From a virus (lineage: Duplodnaviria > Caudoviricetes): DNA of 64,000 nt. A program made the position numbers and the translations under genes. The DNA lies in IMG/VR virus record IMGVR_UViG_3300036944_001223, positions 498 to 64,497 of that record; one strand, 5' to 3'. The notes beneath the pieces were generated by a model that did not search any database, was not told where the DNA came from, and saw only the letters and a program-made list of their open reading frames with translations. Shown here one piece after another: positions 56,646 through 64,000 of the stretch. The first letter of the stretch is position 1; every line of letters starts with the position of its first letter.

Positions 56646-56955
56646 GGAACTCTAAAGCCTTAGCTCGCCACTTCGGGCTAATGAAGCCTCCACCATCAGG
56701 CCGACCAGAGTAAACCATCCAAGACCATTCCTCTGAGCCGTCAGCCGACCACTCTAGCGGATCGGCGTCTTTTTTACTCCAAATTTTACTAATCAAATTA
56801 ATGCGCGGTCTTTCGTCGGACTTTTTGACATGGCTACAGAGAATTATATCGCCGCAATTTATGCCCGCGGACAATAGCTGTGAGTCAGTGCCGTGAACCT
56901 CTGCAAAAAATAACTCACCATCTTTAACGCTAGCTGCATTAGCATCAAACATCAC
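56602..56955 (-). CDS. Hypothetical protein
   Basis: Coupled via AAGGATGGTGAGTGATG junction. Confidence 0.65.
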   Translation of the reverse strand: MMFDANAASVKDGELFFAEVHGTDSQLLSAGINCGDIILCSHVKKSDERPRINLISKIWSKKDADPLEWSADGSEEWSWMVYSGRPDGGGFISPKWRAKALEFLGGEWDKKKVSSND

Positions 56956-57209
56956 TCACCATCCTTACTTGTATCGCGCAGTTTGCCACCGCAAAATGGA
57001 CAGCTGTTAAAAACAAGTCCTTCAGCCAAATGCTCACCTTGTTTAATCTTCACCATCTGTCCGAGCTTTTCACGAGTTTCGAGGTTAACGATTGAATGCC
57101 GATAAATACCTTTGGACTTTTTAGTAGGGAAAATATCTGAAACGCTCATAAGTGCATCGCAAATATTTTCAGCATAGCCGCCTTTTCTCATTGAACACTT
57201 TGCCATCAC
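56952..57209 (-). CDS. Zn-ribbon hypothetical protein
   Basis: C...C and CPFCGG. Confidence 0.65.
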   Translation of the reverse strand: MMAKCSMRKGGYAENICDALMSVSDIFPTKKSKGIYRHSIVNLETREKLGQMVKIKQGEHLAEGLVFNSCPFCGGKLRDTSKDGE

Positions 57210-57218
57210 TTGCCACCC

Positions 57219-57335
57219 TTAATCCCGCGTAATTACCGACGCCACCAGAAGCCAAGCCCAACCATCATGCGCCGAGCCGGTGACGCCAATAGCTATAATA
57301 ATTAATATAGAAACAAGCAGCCTAGCACTACTCAT
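57219..57335 (-). CDS. 38-aa membrane peptide (not in ORF track)
   Basis: TGATG coupling; MSSARLLVSILIIIAIGVTGSAHDGWAWLLVASVITRD. Confidence 0.6.
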   Translation of the reverse strand: MSSARLLVSILIIIAIGVTGSAHDGWAWLLVASVITRD

Positions 57336-57991
57336 CACTCACCATCCTTAACGGCTAACCAGGTGACACGGCCAAAAGAATCAACAGTAACTGACTTGAG
57401 CCCCTTAGATAAAGTGACCAGCTGAGCGTCCACTTTAACAAGCTCATTCCCTTGGTTTGCCAAGTAAATAATTTTGTTGATCGCTACTGGAAGAAAGTTA
57501 TTTAGCGACAAATTATCTATCTTTTTCATCAAGCCAATATTTGCCAGCTTCTCATCATTCAGCGCCGCAAAGTCTACGCCTTCAGCAGTAATGATCGCGC
57601 TAACGCCCTTAGGTAGCATGCTCATCAGGTTTTCGCGGTAATGACTATAATCATTATGCTCATTAACCCATTTAGCCGCTAGTTTAACCACTAGGATATC
57701 GCCAGAGCTCAGCTTTAGCGCTTCACCGGCTACGACAGACTCATAATGCTTAACCACGCTTTCAGCTTTGCGAACTCGCTCAATTAACTCAACAACATGC
57801 TGAGGGGATACTTTTTCATGAAACGATGCATTAGCTGCATAATTATTACTATCTCGAGGGTGAGTGTAAATGTGACAAGGGCCTGCAGTCGCGGCCTTCG
57901 ACGCTTCTAATAACTCATCCAGCTTGATTTCAGTTAAGCTCATAAAATTCTCCAGGTTCAATAAGTTTGTTTTCTTGCTTTGAGTGGTCAA
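57335..57991 (-). CDS. Ead/Ea22-like protein (likely start MSLTE)
   Basis: L..ASKAAT.GP, ANA.F....SP..V.ELIE. Confidence 0.65.
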   Translation of the reverse strand: MTTQSKKTNLLNLENFMSLTEIKLDELLEASKAATAGPCHIYTHPRDSNNYAANASFHEKVSPQHVVELIERVRKAESVVKHYESVVAGEALKLSSGDILVVKLAAKWVNEHNDYSHYRENLMSMLPKGVSAIITAEGVDFAALNDEKLANIGLMKKIDNLSLNNFLPVAINKIIYLANQGNELVKVDAQLVTLSKGLKSVTVDSFGRVTWLAVKDGE

Positions 57992-58127
57992 ATACTGCGT
58001 AACAATGGCAGCAGATGGTCAGCGTCAATAATTTATTATCATTTCGACTAGAGCGGTCTTGCGGCCCAAATCTTTTGCATGCAGGACACTTAACGACTCG
58101 TATGCGCCTAATTTTCATGGCTACCAT
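57930..58127 (-). CDS. Small Zn-finger protein
   Basis: CPAC...CCHC; fills gap with ATGA couplings. Confidence 0.55.
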   Translation of the reverse strand: MVAMKIRRIRVVKCPACKRFGPQDRSSRNDNKLLTLTICCHCYAVFDHSKQENKLIEPGEFYELN

Positions 58128-58533
58128 CCTTTTTCAGCTGAGCCACGATATCACACAGGCTGGCTTGCTCTGCTGCATTATCGCCATTAAGTAACACATC
58201 AAGTTCACGAACTAACCTTAGATGGTCAGCTTGAATAGCCTCTAGGTCAGCGAGGCTCTGCTCAGCCTTTGTCAGTCGTCTCGACAGCCAGCGGATCCGC
58301 TCTTTAGCGGCCGTCAAGTAAACTATTGGCATCTTTTTAATGTTAGCTATCACATCTCTAATGCATGGATTTTCATTGCCATGCAAAAACACTTCGTTAG
58401 CCAACTCGCAGTCAGTCAGCTCGCCTAAGGGAAGATCATTTCGATCGCAGTTATAGCGCTCGCCGAAAGGATCTTCATCACCATTTTCTCGCCATTTTGC
58501 TGCAGGAGTTTTAGCCATAATAGTCGTTGTCAT
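58108..58533 (-). CDS. Hypothetical phage protein
   Basis: PAAKWR..G..DP, ELAN.VF, LTAAKERIRWLSR. Confidence 0.7.
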   Translation of the reverse strand: MTTTIMAKTPAAKWRENGDEDPFGERYNCDRNDLPLGELTDCELANEVFLHGNENPCIRDVIANIKKMPIVYLTAAKERIRWLSRRLTKAEQSLADLEAIQADHLRLVRELDVLLNGDNAAEQASLCDIVAQLKKDGSHEN

Positions 58534-58566
58534 AATGTATCAATCCTTTTATTTTTAGCTTTCAAT

Positions 58567-60180
58567 TTATGCGGCATCCATATGGGGTAAGCATAGTCTG
58601 GTTTCTTTGCCAATATTTGCTTCAACAATAGCCTGAGCCATCGTCGGCGGCACTGAATTGCCAACTCTTGCAACTTGGCTCTTCTTCGACAGTTTCTTTC
58701 CATTGCTATCGTGAGAAATTATGTAATCACTTCTAAAATCATGAGCTGCAAATAGTTCATGTGGTTCTAACATTCTCATGCCAATGTCAATTATTTGATA
58801 TTGGATCCCTTTAATAGTGACAATGGCAAATCTGTCTCGAGTAGTTACCGTATGAAGAGGCCTATCGCAACCGTGAGCAACTCCGGCCCCGTAATACTCA
58901 ATTAAGAAAGCTCTAACCTCACCAAGATGAAAGCCACCAGCTGAAATAGTATGCAGTGGTTCGTCTGTTCCGTGACCTATGTTGGTGCCGCGCATTTTTA
59001 TCATACTGCTAGTTACTAAGGAGCTATTGAGATCGGGTTCAATTAATTCGTCAGACTCGTAAAGCTGCACATACTCATCATAGCTACCACCAAAATCTTT
59101 AGTTTTTGAATACCATTCAGTGAAGGTAGGGATGGTACTGCTAACTTTTTCGATCACAGGCTGTACCAGTGCGAAGTGCCCCCCTTTAACCTGAGCGCAC
59201 AATGTTCTAAGCGGCTCGTTAATATCCATATTGCGCTGACTTGAACCATTCGCATGTTCAGTAATAAATGGAATTGATGCTTGGCTAGGCACGACAAACG
59301 GATCCGCTGAATCTATAACAAATTTCTTTATACCTTTAGCTATGCGTTCCATTGTCTTTTTTGCTAATGGTTTTTTCCTGCCAAAAATTGACTTAACAGG
59401 GATTGACCAGTCAATAATGTTTGCTGCAGGCACCCAAGGTTTTAATTTGCTTCCTATAAAACCAGGTAATTTAGGGTTGCCATGTGTTGGCGCTGGCCAT
59501 TTAATTTGTTCGCCATCATTTCTAGCAACAAGAAAAAAGCGCTTCCTAATAGTTGGCACGCCATAATCACAAGCCGACATAACTTTGTGCTCAAGACAGT
59601 AACCAAGGCCCTTAAACAACTTTAGTTTTGCATTAATATTATGCTCTATCTCAAGAGACAAACACATCTCACGCCAAGATGGATGTTTAGGGGTAATCCC
59701 AGTAGTTAAGGCGCCTGTAAAGGCCTCAAAAGTTTCACCTTTGCGCTTAGGATTAGGTTTCATATTCCCATTGGAATCCTTAATTAATGGCCCCCATGTT
59801 TTGAACTCTTCCACATTCTCAAGATAAAGCATTCTGACTGGTACCGTCATAGCCCAACGAACAGCAACCCAAGCAAGTCCTCTGATATTTTTATCGACAG
59901 GTTTACCGCCTTTAGCCTTACTAAAATGCTTGCAGTCAGGGCTAAACCAAGCGACGCCTACCATTCGCCCTCTGCACGCTTTTACGGGGTCAACGTCCCA
60001 CACTGATTCACAATAATGCTCAGTTTCTGGATGATTAAGCTTGTGCATATCGATAGCATCAACATCGTGATTTATAGCAATATCAACGTGCGTCCCAAGG
60101 CCTAGAGTCATCCCCTCAGAAGCTCCGCCGCCGCCAGCAAAATTATCAACAACAATTTCACCAGGCATTAAATAGTTCAT
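58567..60180 (-). CDS. C5-cytosine DNA methyltransferase
   Basis: DNFAGGGG, SPDCKHFS, ENVEEF, DYGVPT.RKR, R.L...E, GNSV; AAGGAG RBS before ATG 60180. Confidence 0.95.
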   Translation of the reverse strand: MNYLMPGEIVVDNFAGGGGASEGMTLGLGTHVDIAINHDVDAIDMHKLNHPETEHYCESVWDVDPVKACRGRMVGVAWFSPDCKHFSKAKGGKPVDKNIRGLAWVAVRWAMTVPVRMLYLENVEEFKTWGPLIKDSNGNMKPNPKRKGETFEAFTGALTTGITPKHPSWREMCLSLEIEHNINAKLKLFKGLGYCLEHKVMSACDYGVPTIRKRFFLVARNDGEQIKWPAPTHGNPKLPGFIGSKLKPWVPAANIIDWSIPVKSIFGRKKPLAKKTMERIAKGIKKFVIDSADPFVVPSQASIPFITEHANGSSQRNMDINEPLRTLCAQVKGGHFALVQPVIEKVSSTIPTFTEWYSKTKDFGGSYDEYVQLYESDELIEPDLNSSLVTSSMIKMRGTNIGHGTDEPLHTISAGGFHLGEVRAFLIEYYGAGVAHGCDRPLHTVTTRDRFAIVTIKGIQYQIIDIGMRMLEPHELFAAHDFRSDYIISHDSNGKKLSKKSQVARVGNSVPPTMAQAIVEANIGKETRLCLPHMDAA

Positions 60181-60215
60181 TAAGCTTAGCTCCTTGATGT
60201 AGCCAAATTGGTTCA

Positions 60216-60539
60216 TCATTCAAAATCCTCCAGACTTAACCCAAGCTCTTTGGCAAGTTTGATATCTTCGACGCGGCGGCGTTTAGCCAAGCGAGATTTA
60301 TCTTCAGCCGATACCCTCACAGACTGAATTACGGGCTCCTTTTCCTGCTGAAATCGCACTGTTTGGGTTTTAGGTGCAACTGTTGAAGTCTGCGAAGTAG
60401 ATGAGTTAACGACTTTCATCACTTTTGGCTTTCTTGCTTTAGGTGCGTATTTATCGCGTTTATGCGCCTTGATACTTTCCTTATTAGCTTGATAGTAAGC
60501 CCTCGCAGCGATTTGCTTTGGTGTGAGTTGTTGGCTCAT
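60216..60539 (-). CDS. Basic hypothetical protein
   Basis: RAYYQANKE, RRRVED.KLAKELG; ATGA coupling. Confidence 0.65.
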   Translation of the reverse strand: MSQQLTPKQIAARAYYQANKESIKAHKRDKYAPKARKPKVMKVVNSSTSQTSTVAPKTQTVRFQQEKEPVIQSVRVSAEDKSRLAKRRRVEDIKLAKELGLSLEDFE

Positions 60540-61240
60540 GCTGCACCGCCTGTGGTACTTATCACCTTGAACTCGATAACCCACACCCACGGGTTGGCAT
60601 CCCAATTTTCATAGATTGAGTTCCATAAATTTGCAAATGCCCACTTAGCTGACGATAAACACTCTTCATATTTATTAGATTTACGCCATAACCATCCTGG
60701 TTGCTGATTGCCAAATTTATTTAGTCCGTAATCGGTAAATTTTACCCCTTCTTTAATGGCATCTTGCTCGCTAATATCATTTAGCCTTTCTACCCGAACG
60801 GCAGTGACTTCAAGCAGAATACGAGCGCAAGAACGAGGCATATGGATAGATGGTTTCCATTTGCTTTCGCCACTATCACCCGTTGCTTTGAATAAGACGG
60901 TCCCGTTATTTGGGCATCCGCATGGATACTCACTGCAACCGCATTCATCAGATGAATTGAATTGTCGCCAAGTCTCACGCACCCAGAGCTGATCGCCAAT
61001 CGTGCCGAATGGTGAAACAAACGCGCAATCTTCATCGCTAACACCAAAAAGCTCATAATTTGCGGGTTGATAGAACCCATGCTTATCAATAATTGTCGGT
61101 GTATACCATTCTGCATTTTTAGAAAATGGATCCCAATCATTATGCGGCTGAGCTTTAAACATTCTGCGCGTCTGTGTTTTGCCTCCATCAAGAATGGCAC
61201 GCACCATTTCGGTGTTGAAGATAATAGGGCGCTGTTTCAT
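60536..61240 (-). CDS. ASCH/PUA-like phage protein
   Basis: PIIFN.EMVRAIL.G.KTQTRR, LWVRETW, PSIHMPR, DAI.EG, NPWVWVIEF. Confidence 0.8.
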   Translation of the reverse strand: MKQRPIIFNTEMVRAILDGGKTQTRRMFKAQPHNDWDPFSKNAEWYTPTIIDKHGFYQPANYELFGVSDEDCAFVSPFGTIGDQLWVRETWRQFNSSDECGCSEYPCGCPNNGTVLFKATGDSGESKWKPSIHMPRSCARILLEVTAVRVERLNDISEQDAIKEGVKFTDYGLNKFGNQQPGWLWRKSNKYEECLSSAKWAFANLWNSIYENWDANPWVWVIEFKVISTTGGAA

Positions 61241-61252
61241 GCTGCACCGCCT
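60536..61252 (-). repeat. 16-bp direct repeat at gene junctions
   Basis: TCATGCTGCACCGCCT at 60536-60551 and 61237-61252. Confidence 0.85.
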
Positions 61253-61644
61253 TTAACCGCAGCTAAGGCTGAGTGAGCGTCATTAAGCGCAGCGGCGTTA
61301 AACTTAGATGGATTAGTAAACAAGATTAAAGCCTCAAGTGCATCAGCTAATAGATTTCTATCAGCATTGTACTTAACGACGAGCTTAGACATGCCCTCTA
61401 TAGCGTTTTTGGGCATGGTGCCAAGCAACTCATCAGGAATGCCATTAAATGCGTTTACGCAAGCTACGATGCGTTTAGCATCATCAGAGTTTTCGCAAAC
61501 TGCAACTGGCTTATCAGTTAGCGCAGAAAGTACAAGCTTCTCTGCGGCTGCATTTGCCTTGCTAATGTCCTCGTAACTCATTTTTTCTGTCGCATCCATC
61601 ACTGCAACTTTGCCTTGATACCAAAGCTCTTTTTGTTGTGTCAC
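61237..61644 (-). CDS. Hypothetical phage protein
   Basis: A.RIVACVNA..G motif. Confidence 0.7.
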   Translation of the reverse strand: MTQQKELWYQGKVAVMDATEKMSYEDISKANAAAEKLVLSALTDKPVAVCENSDDAKRIVACVNAFNGIPDELLGTMPKNAIEGMSKLVVKYNADRNLLADALEALILFTNPSKFNAAALNDAHSALAAVKGGAA

Positions 61645-61931
61645 TGTGCACCTCCAGCGCGTTCTATCGTTGAATAACCCAAAAGCCGACCTTTTAAAAG
61701 TCGGCGTGGCGGTTGAATGATCATGTTATCTGCTGGTCCAAGATAACCATTAATGACCAAAGCGCATTTGCCATGGCCAGTAATTGAATATTTAATACCG
61801 GTCAGAACAATGTACCCCATGCGGTGAAGGTGACTAATAACAGCTTCGCTATCAAATGAATGCTGAAACTCACCAATACCGATGGAGATCAATACATCTA
61901 GTTGCGCTCGGGATAAATTGCTCATAACCAT
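61641..61931 (-). CDS. Small winged-helix-like protein
   Basis: LS.AQ..VL, L...GYI, Y.IT..G. Confidence 0.5.
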   Translation of the reverse strand: MVMSNLSRAQLDVLISIGIGEFQHSFDSEAVISHLHRMGYIVLTGIKYSITGHGKCALVINGYLGPADNMIIQPPRRLLKGRLLGYSTIERAGGAQ

Positions 61932-61958
61932 TCTCGCCCTTAATCAAATATAGTGCTT

Positions 61959-61986
61959 ACTATATCAACAAATCAAATTTGAGCAA
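61959..61986 (-). promoter_or_regulatory. Sigma70-type early promoter overlapping perfect operator palindrome
   Basis: TTGCTC-16-TATAGT with extended TG; TCAAATTTGA at 61973. Confidence 0.65.
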
Positions 61987-61989
61987 ATA

Positions 61990-63599
61990 TTATTTTTTAA
62001 TGGCTTTGAGTATTACGACGGATACGCCCGTGCCATCAAACTCATTATCAAAAGGACCGGACCAGCTGCACTCAAACCCATCAAGTTCGTATTTGTTGCG
62101 GGCGCCAGCAGGCAGGATGGCAACCATAACGCCTCCATTACGTAAAGCCGCTGCAGCCTTATCTGTGTGGGCTTGCCATCTGCCTTGACTAAATGGTGGG
62201 TTCATAACGACGCGATCAAACCGTTCTAAAATATCAGTCTTTAAAAAGTCGGATTTCTCAGTATAAAAACCTTTTTCTCTTAAAATATTGCAATGCAGCT
62301 CACTAATCTCGATGCATGTCGTCCGCTCTTTTGGCATAAAGCCAGCTAGCCCGCCTTGCCCTGCACTGGGCTCAAGGCATAAATGGTCTGGACCAATCTC
62401 AGCCAGCTCAATAGCGGCTTTAGCAACTAGCTCTGGTGTAGGATAATATTGGTGAGACTTGTGGTCTGGAATACAACCAGAACAGATGATCTCCCCAATA
62501 ATTGAGCTACTGTCATAATCGAATTGAAATACATTCCCATGCCTCACTGCAACTGCCCCGATCGCATAAAGTACATTTTTAGCCTCGGCCATTACATGCT
62601 TATCAACTTGGTACCCGCTGAACTGAATAGCGTTAACTACGCGCTTATATTTGCGTGAAAGCTTTCACCTATCGGCTCGTAAGCTGGTTTTAAATCAGAG
62701 AGCAAGCGGATAACAGCAAAAGGCAAAGGCTTTTGTATCAGTTCAAACTCTTTAGCCTTTTTAGTCGGCTTAGTCCTGAATGCCGGAGGAATGGCCAAAG
62801 GATGAAGATGAGCAAGGATCGCGTTAAGGCGCCAAGCCATTTCTGGATGGATCTCCAGGTGAGCCGTGCCTTTCTTGTAAACACGGATCCTCAACGCCCC
62901 ACCGTCGATAGTCATCCACTCGCCAGAACGGCGCATAGCCTCGTCGGCAACGCGGCAACTAACATCCGAGCCTTGGGGCTCATCACGCCCCATAAATTTA
63001 GCAATTACTTTGCGTAAATCGGTTAAGTGTCCGCACTGAGAAGTGTTAGTAAAACCGTTAGTATACACATACATGATCATGCGCTTACTGAACCCCTGAG
63101 GGCAGTTTGTTACATGCTCACTAGATAAGGCTCTAAATAGCCCATCCACACGCTCAGCGAGGAATAAAGGGCGCAGATTAAGCAGATCAACAATTGTCGG
63201 GATAACTGCCTCAGCGGTAAAATCAGGCGTTGTACCATTGCTAATCTGCTCATCCCATGCGTCACGGCGCTTTTGAGGCATCATTTCATATACATCGGTC
63301 AGCCTTAATGCCTTTTGCCAATATGATGAATTTAGCGATGTTATAGCGCCAGCTGGATTAAATAACTTGCTTACAGTTGAAAAATGATTGCGCCCATCTT
63401 TGTCACAATTTCCATGAGCAAAATAGTGCATTGCATGATGAAATTCAGAGCCAGTTGCCATTTCAGCGACTTTATTAATGTCAGCTAAAATAGACTTGTA
63501 ACTGGTTAACAATCCACCGATCAAGTCAGGCGATACCGGAGCAAAGATCCCGTCACTATCTTGCATAGAGAATTGATTTAAGGGCGCAAGTTGATTCAT
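61990..63599 (-). pseudogene. DUF4942-type N6-adenine methyltransferase split by a 1-nt frameshift near 62655
   Basis: 5' ORF: F.AERVDGLF..LS..H.TN, YKKGTAHLE; 3' ORF: YYPTP, LEPSAGQG, MNPPF; -1 frame open across junction. Confidence 0.75.
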
Positions 63600-63600
63600 T

Positions 63601-63948
63601 TTATATTTTCCCTAAACGGTTAAAGCTATAAGGAGGGATTGGCTGCAATTTTGCCATGACATGCCAGACGCTTGAGCAAGCGTTACTTAAGCCTTTGTCG
63701 GTGTAAGGAATAGAGCCTTTGAAGTTTGAGTAATCGATCTCATCAATGTTTTTAGCAATGACAGCGGCAACTTCCATGCGATCGATGCGGGCGCGGTATA
63801 GATAATCGACGCCAACAGTTTTCTCAACGTGCGCCTTAGGGAACACTTTTTGAATATCGCCTTCTCGGCGGGCGCGTACTAATAACTCACTATCGTCACA
63901 GTCTTTGCTGACAATGCTAAGGAAAGCTTGATTTGTAAATATCCACAT
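63601..63948 (-). CDS. Hypothetical phage protein
   Basis: MWIFT..AFLSIV, LLVRAR, DY.YR, IDYSNFK. Confidence 0.75.
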   Translation of the reverse strand: MWIFTNQAFLSIVSKDCDDSELLVRARREGDIQKVFPKAHVEKTVGVDYLYRARIDRMEVAAVIAKNIDEIDYSNFKGSIPYTDKGLSNACSSVWHVMAKLQPIPPYSFNRLGKI

Positions 63949-64000
63949 AAAAAAGGCCTCGTTGTTAATGACGAGGCCATATTAATCATATTTGAGCTAT

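Larger units (their letters stand above)
56950..57350 (-). repeat. 18-bp direct repeat at gene junctions
   Basis: CATCACTCACCATCCTTA at 56950-56967 and 57333-57350. Confidence 0.85.
1..64000. mobile_element. Integrase-encoding contractile-tailed phage (prophage interior or excised/episomal form), truncated at both window ends
   Basis: Terminase, portal, protease, capsid, sheath, tube, tape measure, baseplate, lysis genes and integrase present; no recognisable host housekeeping genes. Confidence 0.95.

Noticed and set aside
28727-60605. Extended N-termini in the ORF track (29626, 35089, 32901, 60219, 60605)
   Set aside because: They overlap promoters, terminators or upstream genes; downstream ATGs have better RBS or coupling
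1-64000. CRISPR array, tRNA/rRNA, IS element, reverse transcriptase/DGR
   Set aside because: No regularly spaced repeats, cloverleaf, transposase or RT motifs seen; the GTCGTGAT copies are kilobases apart and gene-oriented

Overview
The whole window is one phage or phage-like element (contractile tail, integrase-encoding). No host genes or att junctions are visible and both ends are truncated. Layout: (i) 1-8033 replication/recombination/regulation: SF2 helicase, Cro-like protein, RecE-like exonuclease, SMC-like ATPase, putative annealase, HU, tyrosine integrase, TraR/DksA. (ii) 8034-10386 lysis. (iii) 10431-44088 tailspike, baseplate, tail, neck and head genes, almost all on the minus strand; the capsid protein resembles SPO1/A511/K (Herelleviridae-type) capsids as I recall them. 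(iv) 44206-47819 an opposite-strand block between portal and terminase. (v) 47861-50467 a two-ATPase-domain terminase. (vi) 50549-64000 small accessory genes and three methyltransferases, one frameshifted. Main signals read from the DNA: ten copies of a putative late-promoter motif (GTCGTGAT-RN abutting a T-less -10 hexamer), four positioned for leaderless mRNAs; a ~190-nt structured RNA candidate inside the head operon; a hydrophobic-x-K-[S/A] motif shared by head proteins and a SNF2 helicase; a copy of the capsid N-arm inside the protease; a palindromic operator at early promoters; and a +1 frameshift candidate in the tail chaperone. All functional calls come from motif recognition by eye; no database search was run.
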